The notes: generated by a model from the letters alone, not told the origin. 29,063 nucleotides of DNA from Chthoniobacteraceae bacterium (GCA_040081625.1 JBEBGD010000069.1:1-29063); one strand, 5' to 3'. Counted from the stretch's first letter, positions 8,337 through 19,491 are shown. Made by a program: numbers and translations.

Positions 8337-8825
8337 TCAGCGAGGTTCGGGCGCGTCGCGCTCTTCGATCGCGAGAAGCTGCATGACGGTGACCTTATCG
8401 TGCGGGCGGTCCATCGCGGACTTGGCTTTGATCAGTGCCTTGCGGCTGAGCATCCGCACGGTGCCGAACGGCAGTTGAAGCGGGATGCTCTGTTCGAGCG
8501 AAGCTGCGTAGCCGCCGATACCCGCGACATCGCCGAGAAAATCCACGCGGCCCAGATCAGTGCCGATGTCGAGATTGTTGATGCGCGTCTCGAAGCCCGG
8601 TGGGATCTCGAACGGCAGCGGTTGCGGCGTGATGGAATGATACGGGTGGAGGTCCGAGACCGCGGCAAAGATTCGCTCGAGATTCTCTCGCGAGAAGTGA
8701 GTGCAGACATCCACATCCTTCGTGACGAGCGAGACGCCGTGAATGACCGCCGCGTAGCCGCCGACGAGCACGCACTCCACCCGGTTGCGAGTGAGGCGCT
8801 CAAGCAGGTCCTGATGTTCCGCCAT
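8337..8825 (-). CDS. Nucleotidyltransferase (DUF6036/AbiEii/DUF1814-like), 162 aa; putative toxin
   Basis: Start [11 protein letters not shown] at ATG 8825. Signature VLVGGYAAVIHG...TKDVDV, third Asp in RVDFL and C-terminal LIKAKSAMDRPHD (K...R..D). Confidence 0.8.
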   Translation of the reverse strand: MAEHQDLLERLTRNRVECVLVGGYAAVIHGVSLVTKDVDVCTHFSRENLERIFAAVSDLHPYHSITPQPLPFEIPPGFETRINNLDIGTDLGRVDFLGDVAGIGGYAASLEQSIPLQLPFGTVRMLSRKALIKAKSAMDRPHDKVTVMQLLAIEERDAPEPR

Positions 8826-9024
8826 ATTGTTCGACGTAGGCTTTGAGCAGCATTTCGATCGTTCGGTGCGCCGCGTCGTGTTCTTTGAGCCGCTGCGAAA
8901 CCGGCTTTCGCAGCGAGTCCTCGACCAGCGACATGTCGATCCCATACGCCTCCGCCGCGAGCCACGCCGGGCCTTTCTCCGGCGTCCGCGGCGAATCCTC
9001 CGCGACTCGCAGCGCGTCGCTCAT
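8800..9024 (-). CDS. Small helical protein, 74 aa; putative antitoxin partner of the nucleotidyltransferase
   Basis: [50 protein letters not shown]...GPA*. It has an ATGA overlap with the sucC stop and a 26-nt overlap with the NTase start. The G.D.SL....L...(P)..RL motif is one I recall upstream of such NTases. Confidence 0.68.
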   Translation of the reverse strand: MSDALRVAEDSPRTPEKGPAWLAAEAYGIDMSLVEDSLRKPVSQRLKEHDAAHRTIEMLLKAYVEQYGGTSGPA

Positions 9025-10208
9025 GCGGCCTTCACTGCCGCGACGACTTTCTGCGCCGCGTCGGCGAGCGTGTCGGCGGCGATGAGCGCGAGGCCGCTTT
9101 CGGCGAGCGTCTTCTTTCCGGCGGCGACGTTGTTGCCCTCGAGTCGCACGACGAGCGGGATGGCGATGTGGACTTCCTTCGCGGCGGCGACGATGCCGTT
9201 TGCGATCACGTCGCAGTCCATGATTCCGCCGAAAATGTTCACGAGGATGCCCTTCACCTGCGGGTCGCTGAGGATGATCTTGAACGCCGAGGTGACCTGC
9301 TCCTTCGACGCGCCGCCGCCGACATCGAGGAAGTTCGCGGGCTCGCCGCCGGCGTATTTGATGATGTCCATCGTCGCCATCGCGAGGCCTGCACCGTTGA
9401 CGAGGCAGGCGATGTTTCCGTCGAGGCCGATGTAGTTGAGCGCGTGCTCGCTCGCGGCGACTTCGCGCGGGTCTTCCTCGCTCTTGTCGCGCATCGCGAC
9501 GATCTCCGGGTGCCGGTAGAGCGCGTTGTCGTCGAAGTTGAATTTCGCATCGAGCGCCATGAGCCGGCCGTCGCCGGTGACGACGAGCGGGTTGATCTCG
9601 ACCATCGAGCAGTCGCTCTTCTGGAAGAGACTGAAGAGCGCGGTGAAGAGCTTCGACGCCTGCGTCATCAGCGGCCCGCGGAGGCCGAGCGCGGCGGCGA
9701 GGTCGCGGCACTGGTAGCCTTGCAAACCGAGCGCCGGGTGGATGTGGACGCGCCGGATTTTCTCCGGCGTCTTCTCGGCGACATCCTCGATGTTCACACC
9801 GCCTTCGGTGCTGGCGATGATCGTGTAGCCGCTCGTCGCGCGATCCTGCAGGATGGCGAAGTAAAGCTCGCGAGTGATATCGACGGCTTCACCGACGAAG
9901 ACCTTGCCGACGAGTTTGCCGTCCGCCCCGGTCTGGTGCGTGACGAGCGTCTGGCCGAGCATCTGTCCCGCGATCGTGCCGGCTTCCGCAGGTGAGGAAG
10001 CGAGATGCACGCCGCCCTTGAAGCCGCTCTTGAACGTGCCCTTGCCGCGCCCGCCGGCGTGGATCTGCGCTTTGACGACGACCTTCGGCACTCCGAGCGA
10101 CGTGGCGATGGAGGTGGCTTCGTCCGCCGTCGAGGCGACGCGCCCCGGTTGCGTGGCGACGCCAAATTTTTCAAACAGTTCGCGGGCTTGGTATTCGTGG
10201 ATGTTCAT
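9021..10208 (-). CDS. sucC: Succinyl-CoA synthetase beta subunit
   Basis: Motifs [81 protein letters not shown] and VVRLEGNN. Confidence 0.97.
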   Translation of the reverse strand: MNIHEYQARELFEKFGVATQPGRVASTADEATSIATSLGVPKVVVKAQIHAGGRGKGTFKSGFKGGVHLASSPAEAGTIAGQMLGQTLVTHQTGADGKLVGKVFVGEAVDITRELYFAILQDRATSGYTIIASTEGGVNIEDVAEKTPEKIRRVHIHPALGLQGYQCRDLAAALGLRGPLMTQASKLFTALFSLFQKSDCSMVEINPLVVTGDGRLMALDAKFNFDDNALYRHPEIVAMRDKSEEDPREVAASEHALNYIGLDGNIACLVNGAGLAMATMDIIKYAGGEPANFLDVGGGASKEQVTSAFKIILSDPQVKGILVNIFGGIMDCDVIANGIVAAAKEVHIAIPLVVRLEGNNVAAGKKTLAESGLALIAADTLADAAQKVVAAVKAA

Positions 10209-10212
10209 AAAA

Positions 10213-10295
10213 GCGGAGAGCGGATAGCGGAAACCGGAGAGAGGGGAAGCGCGCGCGTTGGAAAATCTTTCCGGTCTTCGCTCTCCGCTCTCCGC
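10213..10295. repeat. Heptamer-based imperfect inverted repeat between the lipoprotein gene and sucC
   Basis: Left arm GCGGAGAGCGGATAGCGGAAACCGGAGA (10213-10240) and right arm TTTCCGGTCTTCGCTCTCCGCTCTCCGC (10268-10295) pair at 24 of 28 positions around a 27-nt loop. Unit is approximately GCGGAGA. Confidence 0.88.
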
Positions 10296-10301
10296 GCTCG
10301 C

Positions 10302-10823
10302 CTAGCTGCCGGTCCCGACGTATTCCGCCGCATACGTCTCGAAGCGGGCCGTCTGCCCGATCGGCGGCGTGCTCTCCACGTCATAAACGTTGTTGCCGAC
10401 GATCTGCTGGCTCTCCACGTCCCAGATCATCACGTCTTTTTTCGCCTTCGGGTGCGTGCGCTCGTCCTTCACCGTGTCGATCGCGACGTAGCGCACCTTC
10501 TTCTTTTTCATCGCCGCCTTCTTTGCCGGCGTGAGCTTCGCCTGAAACGCCTTCGCGCGTTCCTCGGCGACCTTGCGCTGACGCTCGCTCGCCTGGCGCT
10601 TCGCGATGACGACGACGGTCGCCATCCCGACATTATGCACCGCCGCGCTCGCGACGAGTCCTTCGCCCGAACTGCTTGCCGCGCCGCGCGCGAGTGCGCT
10701 GCCTGCAGCCGCGCCGCCTTGCGAGTAGATTCCCTCTCCCGAGCCCGGAGCACTTTCGCAGCCGGTGAATGCCACGGGGATGATGGCGGCGATGGTGACG
10801 GAAAGGATGGCGCGCGGTGTCAT
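10302..10823 (-). CDS. Putative lipoprotein of unknown function, 173 aa
   Basis: MTPRAILSVTIAAIIPVAFTG-C is a lipobox-like signal, followed by a Lys-rich helix and a conserved-looking C-terminus (YVAIDT...DVMIWDVESQQIVGNNVYDV..TPPIG). Confidence 0.75.
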   Translation of the reverse strand: MTPRAILSVTIAAIIPVAFTGCESAPGSGEGIYSQGGAAAGSALARGAASSSGEGLVASAAVHNVGMATVVVIAKRQASERQRKVAEERAKAFQAKLTPAKKAAMKKKKVRYVAIDTVKDERTHPKAKKDVMIWDVESQQIVGNNVYDVESTPPIGQTARFETYAAEYVGTGS

Positions 10824-10944
10824 GGCCAATCAGTAAAGGAGCCTGCCGCGGCCACGCAAGGACTTCGCGGACGAAGTTGCACCCGCCTCTTCCGGCAAAG
10901 CAGAAGAGTGCATTCGGGTTGTCGATGGGCAACAGTCCACACCC

Positions 10945-13900
10945 ATGCGTTCCCTCCGCTTCGTCCCGGTCTTCTTCGTCGCCGCTGCGTCGGCGGCGGA
11001 CGTTCCCGCGGAGCAGCTTCATTTCTTCGAGGAAAAGGTCCGCCCGATCCTCATCGAGCATTGCTACAAATGCCACAGCGCCGAGGCCGAGCGGCTCAAG
11101 GGCGACCTGCGCCTCGACACGCGTGCCGGCTGGCAGAAGGGCGGCGACAGCGGGCAGCCGGCGATCGTTCCCGGCGATGCCGACGCGAGCCCGCTCATCG
11201 TCGCCGTGCGGCGCACCGACAAGGACACGGCGATGCCGCCCAAGACGCCGCTTGATCCCGCGAAGGTAGCCGTGCTCGAGGCGTGGGTGAAGATGGGCGC
11301 GCCCGATCCCCGCGAAGCGTCAGCCTCGAAGCCGAAGAACGATGCGAAATCGTGGTGGTCGTTTCAGCCGCTGACGAAGCCGGAGTTGGCGCCGGCGCCC
11401 GAGGCGTGGTCCGCGAATCCGATCGACCGCTTCATCTTTGCGAAGCTCGCCGCGCAAGGCCTCGCGCCGAATCCCGAGGCCGATCCGCGCACGCTGATCC
11501 GCCGCCTCACCTTCGATCTCACCGGCTTGCCGCCGACGCCCGAGGAAGTCGCCGACTATGTGTCCCATGCGTCCCAGGTGTCCTATGAGCGACTCGTGGA
11601 TAAGCTGCTCGCCTCCCCGCGCTACGGCGAACGCTGGGCGCGGCACTGGCTCGACGTCGTGCGCTTCGCGGAAAGCCACGGCTTCGAGATGAACCGCACA
11701 CGCCCGAACGCATGGCCGTATCGCGACTACGTCATTCGCGCCTTCAACGAAGACCTGCCCTACGACCGCTTCATCACCGAGCAACTCGCCGGTGACGCGA
11801 GCGGCGCCGACGACGCGACCGGCTTCCTTGTCGCCGGCGCGTGGGATCAGGTGAAAGGCAAGGATCCGATGCTCACCGCGACGCAGCGCGCGGACGAACT
11901 GCACGATCTCGTGAGCACCACCGGCTCGGCGTTTCTCGGTCTCACGATCGGCTGCGCGCGCTGCCACAGCCACAAGTTCGATCCGATCCCGCAGAACGAC
12001 TACTACGCGATCAAAGCCGTTTTCGCCGGCGTGCAGCACGCCGAGCGGCCGATGCGCCCGCGCGACGCGGATGCGCAGCTCGCGAAAGCCGACGCGTTGC
12101 GAAAGGAGCTCGCGCCGCTCGACCGCAAGCTCGCCGGCTTTCAGCCGAAGGCGCGGCTCGCGCGCGTCGTCGTCGTCGATGACAGCGCGACGGATTCAGT
12201 CACGCAGATCGAGCAGCCGAAGAATGGGCAACCGATCGTCTATTCACCCGGCAAGGAGCGCGGCCAGGCCGACGATGCCGGCGATCTCACGCGCCTGCCG
12301 AACCTCGGCGAGAGCTATCGCTACTGGGCCGCCGAGCCCGGCAAGCGCGAGGATTTCTTCGAGTGGCATCCTCGCGCGAGCGGGCGTTTCCGCGTGTGGC
12401 TCTCGTGGGGTGCGTGGACCACGCACGCGAAGGACGCGCGCTACGTGCTCGACCGCGACGGCGATCTCGCGACGACTTCCGACCAGACCGAGATCGCGGC
12501 GATCGATCAATCGAAGTTCGCCGACGGCACGCCCGCCATCCCGGAGCAGAAGCGATGGAGCGGCTTTCGCGATGCCGGCGTGTTTGAGTTGAAGCCGGAG
12601 AGCTGCCTCGTGCTGCGCAGCGGCGAGAAGGGCGCGCCGACGGTCGCGGACACGGTGATCTTCGAGGAAGCGCTCGCGACTTCCGACGCGAAGGCGCTGG
12701 TGCCGCAACTGCGCGCGCCAGTCTCGCATCGCGCGAACGAGGAAGTCTTCGACGTGTTCGAGGCGAAGTTCGTGCGCTTCACGATCACGGCTGCGAGTTC
12801 GGGCGAGCCGTGCATTGATGAATTGGAGGTCTTCGCCGCCGATGCGCCGAAGAACATCGCGCTCGGGTCGGCGGGCGCGAAGGCGACGGCGTCGGGTGTC
12901 TATGCGAGCGGCGCGAATGCGAAGCATCGTCTCGAACACATCAATGATGGGCGTTTCGGAAACGACTTTAGCTGGATCTCGAATGCGAAGGGCGCGGGCT
13001 GGGTGCAGATTGAGTTCGCGAAGCCGCAGCGCATCAATCGCATCGCGTGGAGCCGCGACCGCGGCGACGCGAAGAAGGGCAGGGTGTTTGAGGACCGGCT
13101 GCCGCTCGCGTATCGGATCGAAGCCTCGCTCGACGGCAACGCGTGGCATCCCATCGCGTCGTCGCTCGACCGCCTGCCGACGGAGTTCCGCCAGCGGATC
13201 AAGAGCATCCCGACGCTCAGCAACCTGCCGCGCGAACACGTCGCCGAGGTCGGCGTAGTGGCGGCGAAGCGCGCGAAGTTGCTCGATGAAATCAGCGCGC
13301 TCACAACATTCCCGAGCATCTACGCGGGCAAGTTCGAGACGCCCGGCGCGACGTTCCGCCTCCACCGCGGTGACGCGATGCAGCCGAAGGAGGAGGTTGC
13401 GCCCGGCGCGCTGAGCGAGTTCGGCGGCGGCTGGCGACTGCCGAATGATGCGCCCGATCAGGAGCGCCGGCTCGCGCTCGCGAAGTGGATCGCCTCGCCG
13501 GAAAACCCTCTCACGGCGCGCGTGATGGTGAACCGCATCTGGCACTACCATTTCGGCCGCGGCCTCGTGGACACGCCGAGCGACTTCGGCATCAACGGCG
13601 GCAAGCCGACGCACCCGGAATTGATCGACTGGCTCGCGAGCGAGTTCATCGCGCGCGGCTGGAGCGTGAAGGCCATGCACCGCCTCATCTGCACGAGCGA
13701 GACGTATCGGCAGAGTTCAAATGCGGAACGCGGAACGCGGAATGCGGAAAGAGCCACCGCCTCTCCGGTTTCCGCTCTCCGCTCTCCGCTCTCGGTGGAT
13801 GCCGACGCGCGCCTGCTCTGGCGCTTCCCGCCGCGCCGCCTCGAGGCGGAAGCGCTGCGCGATTCGATCCTCGCCGTCACCGGCAAACTCGACCTCACGA

Positions 13901-14349
13901 TGGGCGGCCCGGGCTTCGATCTCTTCGAGCCGAATGACAACTACGTGAAGGTCTATGTGCCGCTCGCCGAGCCCGGCCCGGAGACGTGGCGGCGCATGGT
14001 CTATCAAGCCAAGCCGCGGATGCAGCTCGAGAACGTCTTCGGTGCTTTCGACATTCCCGACGCCGGCCAGGTCGCGCCGCGCCGCACGAGCAGCACGACC
14101 GCGCTCCAGGCGCTGAATCTTCTGAACAGTCCGTTCCTGCTCCAGCAGTCAAAGTTCCTCGCCGAGCGACTTGTGGAAGACGCCGGCAACGATCCTGCCG
14201 CGCAGGTGCGCCGTGCGTGCGCGCTCGCATACGGTCACTCACTGCCGCCGGACGCGGAAGCCGCGGCGGTGAAGTTCATCGCCGCGGAAGGGCTGCCCGC
14301 GTTTTGCCGGGCGCTGCTGAACAGCAGCGAGTTTCTCTACATGTTCTAG
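10945..14349 (+). CDS. Planctomycete cytochrome c + DUF1549 + DUF1553 protein #1, with central golvesin/Xly-CBD-like and discoidin (F5/8C)-like domains
   Basis: Sec-type signal; [93 protein letters not shown]. Confidence 0.9.
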   Translation: MRSLRFVPVFFVAAASAADVPAEQLHFFEEKVRPILIEHCYKCHSAEAERLKGDLRLDTRAGWQKGGDSGQPAIVPGDADASPLIVAVRRTDKDTAMPPKTPLDPAKVAVLEAWVKMGAPDPREASASKPKNDAKSWWSFQPLTKPELAPAPEAWSANPIDRFIFAKLAAQGLAPNPEADPRTLIRRLTFDLTGLPPTPEEVADYVSHASQVSYERLVDKLLASPRYGERWARHWLDVVRFAESHGFEMNRTRPNAWPYRDYVIRAFNEDLPYDRFITEQLAGDASGADDATGFLVAGAWDQVKGKDPMLTATQRADELHDLVSTTGSAFLGLTIGCARCHSHKFDPIPQNDYYAIKAVFAGVQHAERPMRPRDADAQLAKADALRKELAPLDRKLAGFQPKARLARVVVVDDSATDSVTQIEQPKNGQPIVYSPGKERGQADDAGDLTRLPNLGESYRYWAAEPGKREDFFEWHPRASGRFRVWLSWGAWTTHAKDARYVLDRDGDLATTSDQTEIAAIDQSKFADGTPAIPEQKRWSGFRDAGVFELKPESCLVLRSGEKGAPTVADTVIFEEALATSDAKALVPQLRAPVSHRANEEVFDVFEAKFVRFTITAASSGEPCIDELEVFAADAPKNIALGSAGAKATASGVYASGANAKHRLEHINDGRFGNDFSWISNAKGAGWVQIEFAKPQRINRIAWSRDRGDAKKGRVFEDRLPLAYRIEASLDGNAWHPIASSLDRLPTEFRQRIKSIPTLSNLPREHVAEVGVVAAKRAKLLDEISALTTFPSIYAGKFETPGATFRLHRGDAMQPKEEVAPGALSEFGGGWRLPNDAPDQERRLALAKWIASPENPLTARVMVNRIWHYHFGRGLVDTPSDFGINGGKPTHPELIDWLASEFIARGWSVKAMHRLICTSETYRQSSNAERGTRNAERATASPVSALRSPLSVDADARLLWRFPPRRLEAEALRDSILAVTGKLDLTMGGPGFDLFEPNDNYVKVYVPLAEPGPETWRRMVYQAKPRMQLENVFGAFDIPDAGQVAPRRTSSTTALQALNLLNSPFLLQQSKFLAERLVEDAGNDPAAQVRRACALAYGHSLPPDAEAAAVKFIAAEGLPAFCRALLNSSEFLYMF
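11556..11591 (+). repeat. Degenerate 9-nt tandem repeat inside the DUF1549 coding region
   Basis: CTATGTGTC-CCATGCGTC-CCAGGTGTC-CTATGAGCG, encoding [11 protein letters not shown]. Confidence 0.6.
13720..13793. repeat. Heptamer-based inverted repeat element inserted in frame in the DUF1553 domain
   Basis: AATGCGG-AACGCGG-AACGCGG-AATGCGG (13720-13747), a spacer, then CTCTCCG-GTTTCCG-CTCTCCG-CTCTCCG-CTCTC (13761-13793). Translates as [25 protein letters not shown]. Confidence 0.88.
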
Positions 14350-14351
14350 CC

Positions 14352-15815
14352 ATGAATCCGAACGCCCTTTCCCACGCCGGACGCTGGCTACTGAGCCGTC
14401 GCGATTTTCTCCGCTGGGGCGGGACCGGTCTGAGCGGACTCGCGCTCAGCTCATTGCTCGCGGAAGACAAGGTGCCGATCCGTCCGCCGATCGATCCCGC
14501 GCATCCGTTCGCGCCGCGCCAGCCGCACTTCGCGCCGAAGGCGAAGCGCGTGCTCACGATCTTCTGCTCCGGCGCGCTCAGCCACGTGGATACGTTCGAC
14601 TTCAAACCCGAACTCGTGAAGCGCCACGACACGCCGATGCCCGGCGGCGGACTCGTCACCTTCCAGGGCGAGAACGGCAACCTCATCAAGCCGCTCTGGG
14701 AGTTCAAACCGCGCGGGCAGAGCGGGAAGATGTGCAGCGATTTGCTGCCGAACCTCGCGGAACTCGCCGACGAGATGTGCTTCATCCACTCGATGACCGC
14801 GAAGTCGAACACGCACGGCCCGGCGGAGAACCAGATGAGCACAGGCTTCACGCTCGACGGCTTTCCCGGCGCGGGTTGCTGGGCGACTTACGCGCTCGGC
14901 TCGGAATGCGCGGACCTGCCGGCGTTCGTTGCGATCCCCGATCCGCGCGGCGTGCCGCAGGTCGGATCGAATCATTGGAACTCGGCGTTCCTGCCCGCGG
15001 TGTTTCAAGGCACCGCCTTCAACGCCGACAAGCCAATCCCGCATCTCGCGCGGCCCGCGAGCATCAGCGGGAAGTCCGACCGTGCGACGCGCGACTTCAT
15101 CGGCTTCCTGAACGAGCGCCACCTCGCCGAGCATCCCGGCGACACGCAACTCGCCGCGCGCATCGCGAGCTACGAGATGGCCGCGCGAATGCAGCTCGCT
15201 GCGCCGGAGGTGAGCGACATCGCCAACGAATCACCCGGCACGCTCGCCCGCTACGGCGCTGACGACACGCAGAATACCTACAAGGCCGGCTTCGCGAAGA
15301 ACTGCATCCTCGCGCGGCGACTGCTCGAGCGCGGCGTGCGCTTCGTGCAGCTCTTCAACGGCGCTTACGCGATGGGCGAGGGCGTGGGCAACTGGGACGG
15401 CCACAAAAAGATCGCCGACCAATACGCCGTCCACGCGCCGATCCTCGACCAGCCGTGTGCCGCGCTCCTGCGCGATCTGCGCGAGCGCGGGCTGCTCGAC
15501 GACACGCTCGTCGCGTTCGTTACCGAGTTCGGGCGGATGCCCACTTTCCAAAAAGGCGCGAACGGCCGCGATCACAACCCCGCCGGTTTCACCGTCTGGC
15601 TCGCCGGCGCGGGCGTGAAGCGCGGGCACAGCTACGGCGCGACCGACGAGTTCGGCTACAAGGCGACGGAGAACGTCGCGACGATCTACGACCTGCACGC
15701 CACGATGCTTCACGTGCTCGGCCTCGATCACGAGCGGCTGAGCTTCTATCACAACGGCATCGAGCGCCGCCTCACCGACGTGCACGGGCACGTGATCCAC
15801 GACGTGCTCGCATGA
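14352..15815 (+). CDS. DUF1501 protein #1 (Tat signal), 487 aa
   Basis: Start MNPNALSH at 14352. Motifs [55 protein letters not shown] and RLTDVHG. Confidence 0.9.
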   Translation: MNPNALSHAGRWLLSRRDFLRWGGTGLSGLALSSLLAEDKVPIRPPIDPAHPFAPRQPHFAPKAKRVLTIFCSGALSHVDTFDFKPELVKRHDTPMPGGGLVTFQGENGNLIKPLWEFKPRGQSGKMCSDLLPNLAELADEMCFIHSMTAKSNTHGPAENQMSTGFTLDGFPGAGCWATYALGSECADLPAFVAIPDPRGVPQVGSNHWNSAFLPAVFQGTAFNADKPIPHLARPASISGKSDRATRDFIGFLNERHLAEHPGDTQLAARIASYEMAARMQLAAPEVSDIANESPGTLARYGADDTQNTYKAGFAKNCILARRLLERGVRFVQLFNGAYAMGEGVGNWDGHKKIADQYAVHAPILDQPCAALLRDLRERGLLDDTLVAFVTEFGRMPTFQKGANGRDHNPAGFTVWLAGAGVKRGHSYGATDEFGYKATENVATIYDLHATMLHVLGLDHERLSFYHNGIERRLTDVHGHVIHDVLA

Positions 15816-18094
15816 AGTCGGCGCTGCTCCTTTTCGTCGCGATACCGGCGCTCGCGGCGGTGGACTTCGAGTCGCAAGTCTGGCCGCTGCTGCGCGAGCG
15901 CTGCGTCGAGTGTCACGGCGCGAAGAAGCAGAAGGGCGGGCTGCGGCTCGATGGTCGCGAGTTTGCGTTCAAGGGCGGCGACGACGGCGCGGCGATCGTC
16001 GCGGGCAAGCCGGATGCCAGTCCGATTTTGCAGCGAGTGACGAGTGCCGATGAAGACGAAGTGATGCCGCCGAAAGGCGAGCGGCTCCGCGCGGGCGAGA
16101 TGGCGCTGCTGCGCGGATGGATCGCGCAGGGCGCGGCGTGGCCGGAGCATGTGGGCGTCAAACGCGACGACCCGGCAAAGACGCACTGGGCGTTCCAGCC
16201 GGTGAAGCGGCCTGCGGTAGCGGGTAACGCAATCGACACACTCATCGGCGCGAAGCTTGCGCAGTCGGGCCTCGCGATGACGCCCGCGGCTGATCGCCGC
16301 ACGCTCATCCGGCGGCTCAGCTTCGACCTGCTCGGGCTGCCGCCGACGCCGGAGCGGGTGGAGAAGTTCGTGGCCGATCGCGACCCGCTTGCCTACGAAA
16401 AACTCGTCGATGAACTGCTCGCCTCGCGACACTACGGCGAGCGGCAGGCGCGGCACTGGCTCGACGTGGTGCGCTTCACGGAGAGCGACGGCTTCGAGGA
16501 CGACATGCAGCGAAAGGAGGCGTGGACCTACCGCGACTACGTCATCGATGCGTTCAATGACGACGTGCCTTACGATCAGTTCGTGCGCGAGCAGATCGCC
16601 GGCGACGTGATGAAGCCCGTCACCGCGCGCGGCATCGCAGCGACGGGCTTTCTCGTGGCCGGGCCGTGGGATGCGGTGCAGCGGGTCACGCCGAGTCCGC
16701 TCGGGCGGCTCCAGTCGCGCGAGGAGCAGCTCGAGGAAATTGTCGGCGCCGTCGCGCAGACCTTCCTCGGCCTGACCGTGCAGTGCGCGCGCTGCCACGA
16801 TCACAAGTTCGATCCGATTCCGCAGGCCGATTACTACCGGCTCAAGGCGGCGATCGAAGGTGTTGATCACGGTGCATTGCCGCGCGTCCACGGCGTGCGG
16901 CGGATGCTCGGCGACGCGGAGGATGCGGAATGGGTCAAGGCGACGGCGCCTCTGCGCGCTCGCCTCGATGTCCTGGCGAGGCAGATCTCGGAACTCGACC
17001 GCAAGCTGAAGGCCGCGAAGGAAAAGACCGATGCCGCGACGGCGCTGAATGCCGAGCGCACTGCCGCGAGTGCGGAGCGCGACAAGGCGCAGCGGGACCT
17101 GGTGACGAAATTTCCGGTGACGCTCGCCTTCACCGGCGTCCGCGGTGAGCCGAAGCCGACGGTGATCTTCGCGCGCGGCGACGTGAAGCAGCGCGGTGAA
17201 TCGGTAGTGCCCGCGGGGTTGTCGGTCCTCCGCGAACCGGCGCCGGACTTTGGCCTCGCGCCGGATGCTCCCGAGGGCGAGCGGCGGATTCGCTTCGCGG
17301 CGTGGCTGAGCGATGCGCGCAATCCTCTGGCCGCGCGCGTGATGGTGAATCGCGTGTGGCAGCAGCATTTCGGCACCGGCTTCGTCGATACGCCGAGCGA
17401 CTTCGGCGTGAACGGCGGCCGGCCGTCGCATCCTGAGTTGCTCGACTGGCTCGCAAGCGAGTTCGTCGCGCGCGGTTGGAGCGTGAAGGCGCTGCATCGG
17501 CTGATCGTGACGAGCGCGACGTATCGGCAGGGAGCGGGAAGCGCGGCGCCGGGCGACGCGGACGACAGGCTGCTCTCGCGCTTTCCGCCGCGCCGACTCG
17601 AGGGCGAGGTCGTGCGCGATGCGATGCTGGCGATGAGCGGCGCGCTGAATCCGCAGATTGGCGGGCCGAGCTTCAAGCCGTTCACGGTCACGCAGCTCAA
17701 TACCTACTTCTATCATCTCTTCGACAAGGACGAGCCGGACTTCAATCGCCGCACGATCTATCGCATGCAGATCATCACCGGGCGCAGTCCCTTCCTCGAC
17801 GCGCTCGATTGTCCGTCGCCGTCGATCACCACGCCGCGCCGCCGTGCGACGACCACGCCGCTGCAAGCGCTCGCGCTGATGAATGACAGCTTCGCCGTGC
17901 GGCAGGCGGAGAAGCTCGCGCAGCGAATCGCCGGCGATGTGACGACGCAAGTTGCGCGCGCGTTCGAGATCGTTTTCCTGCGCCCTCCGCGGCCGGACGA
18001 ACTCGCCGCGTGCGTCGAAGTCGCGCGCGAGCACGGCCTCGCGACGGTGTGCTGGACGCTCGTCAATGCGAGCGAGTTTCTCTACCTCCGATGA
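15812..18094 (+). CDS. Planctomycete cytochrome c + DUF1549 + DUF1553 protein #2, minimal coiled-coil insert, 760 aa
   Basis: Start [19 protein letters not shown] with an ATGA overlap. Motifs [49 protein letters not shown] and [10 protein letters not shown]. Confidence 0.9.
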   Translation: MKSALLLFVAIPALAAVDFESQVWPLLRERCVECHGAKKQKGGLRLDGREFAFKGGDDGAAIVAGKPDASPILQRVTSADEDEVMPPKGERLRAGEMALLRGWIAQGAAWPEHVGVKRDDPAKTHWAFQPVKRPAVAGNAIDTLIGAKLAQSGLAMTPAADRRTLIRRLSFDLLGLPPTPERVEKFVADRDPLAYEKLVDELLASRHYGERQARHWLDVVRFTESDGFEDDMQRKEAWTYRDYVIDAFNDDVPYDQFVREQIAGDVMKPVTARGIAATGFLVAGPWDAVQRVTPSPLGRLQSREEQLEEIVGAVAQTFLGLTVQCARCHDHKFDPIPQADYYRLKAAIEGVDHGALPRVHGVRRMLGDAEDAEWVKATAPLRARLDVLARQISELDRKLKAAKEKTDAATALNAERTAASAERDKAQRDLVTKFPVTLAFTGVRGEPKPTVIFARGDVKQRGESVVPAGLSVLREPAPDFGLAPDAPEGERRIRFAAWLSDARNPLAARVMVNRVWQQHFGTGFVDTPSDFGVNGGRPSHPELLDWLASEFVARGWSVKALHRLIVTSATYRQGAGSAAPGDADDRLLSRFPPRRLEGEVVRDAMLAMSGALNPQIGGPSFKPFTVTQLNTYFYHLFDKDEPDFNRRTIYRMQIITGRSPFLDALDCPSPSITTPRRRATTTPLQALALMNDSFAVRQAEKLAQRIAGDVTTQVARAFEIVFLRPPRPDELAACVEVAREHGLATVCWTLVNASEFLYLR

Positions 18095-19491
18095 GCGCCG
18101 CATTTCTCGACCGCCGCACTTTCCTCGGGAGCACCGCCACCGGCCTCGGCGCGGCAGCCTTCGCGTGGATGCTCCAGCGCGAGCGCGCCGTCGCGAACGG
18201 TCCGCACTTCGCGCCCCGCGCGAAACGGGCGATCCACATCTTCTCGCCCGGCGGCGTGAGCCACGTGGACACGTTCGATTTCAAGCCGGAGCTGGAGCGC
18301 CGCGACGGGCAGGCGTTGTCCGGCAAGGGCGAGATCGACACGTTCTTCGCGAAGCCGGGCGTGTTGCGGAAGAGCATGTTTCCCTTTGCGCAGCACGGGC
18401 GCAGCGGCGCGTGGGTGAGCGGATTGTTCCCGCATCTCGCGACGTGCGTGGACGACATCGCGCTCATTCACTCGATGGTCGCGAAGAGTCCGTCGCATCA
18501 GCCCGCGTGCTTTCAGATGAATACCGGCTTCACGCTCGCGGGCTTCCCGAGCATGGGCGCGTGGCTGTCCTACGGGCTCGGCTCGACGACGGACGATCTG
18601 CCCGTCTTCGTCGTGCTGCCCGATCCGCGCGGGCTCGTGAACGGCGGCACGGCGAACTGGAGCAACGGCTTTCTTCCCGCGGAACATCAGGGCACGATCT
18701 TCGACATGGGCGCCGCCGAGCCCGTCGCAAATCTCCGCACGCCCGCGCACATCCAGCCGGCTGCGCGCGAGGCCGGGATGAAACTGCTCGCGCGGCTCAA
18801 CGGCGAATACGCCGCGCACGATCCCGCCGATACCTCGCTGCGCGCGCGGCTCCGCGCCTACGAACTCGCGGCGCGGATGCAGGCGAGCATTCCCGAGGTG
18901 CTCGACTTTCGCGGCGAGTCGGCGAGCACGCGGCGGCTCTACGGGATCGACGATCCGATCGTCGGGCCGTCGGCGAAAAACTTCCTCATGGCGAGGCGCC
19001 TCATCGAGCGCGGCGTGCGCTTCGTGCAGGTCTATAATGGCGGCGCGCTCGGTTCGCCGCGCATCAACTGGGACGGGCACGAGGACGTGAAGGACAATCA
19101 CGAACGGCAGGGCCGGCTGCTCGATCAGCCGTGCGCGGCGCTGCTCAAGGACTTGAAACAGCGCGGCCTGCTCGAGGACACGCTGGTCATCTGGTCGAGC
19201 GAGTTTGGCCGCACGCCGTTCGCGCAGGGCGAGGGGCGCGGGCGCGATCATCATCAGCACGCTTTCACCTGCTGGCTCGCTGGCGCAGGCGTGAAGCCGG
19301 GCATCCGCCACGGCGCGACGGACGAGGTCGGCTACCGCACGGTGTCTGATCCGGTCACGGTGTATGACTTCCACGCGACGATTCTGCACCTGCTCGGCAT
19401 CGATCACGAGCGGCTGAGTTTTTACCACAACGGAATCGACCGCCGGCTCACGGATGTGCATGGGCACATCATCCGCGGCTTGCTCGCATGA
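18091..19491 (+). CDS. DUF1501 protein #2 (Tat signal), 466 aa
   Basis: Start [12 protein letters not shown] with an ATGA overlap. Motifs [35 protein letters not shown] and RLTDVHG. Confidence 0.9.
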   Translation: MSAAFLDRRTFLGSTATGLGAAAFAWMLQRERAVANGPHFAPRAKRAIHIFSPGGVSHVDTFDFKPELERRDGQALSGKGEIDTFFAKPGVLRKSMFPFAQHGRSGAWVSGLFPHLATCVDDIALIHSMVAKSPSHQPACFQMNTGFTLAGFPSMGAWLSYGLGSTTDDLPVFVVLPDPRGLVNGGTANWSNGFLPAEHQGTIFDMGAAEPVANLRTPAHIQPAAREAGMKLLARLNGEYAAHDPADTSLRARLRAYELAARMQASIPEVLDFRGESASTRRLYGIDDPIVGPSAKNFLMARRLIERGVRFVQVYNGGALGSPRINWDGHEDVKDNHERQGRLLDQPCAALLKDLKQRGLLEDTLVIWSSEFGRTPFAQGEGRGRDHHQHAFTCWLAGAGVKPGIRHGATDEVGYRTVSDPVTVYDFHATILHLLGIDHERLSFYHNGIDRRLTDVHGHIIRGLLA

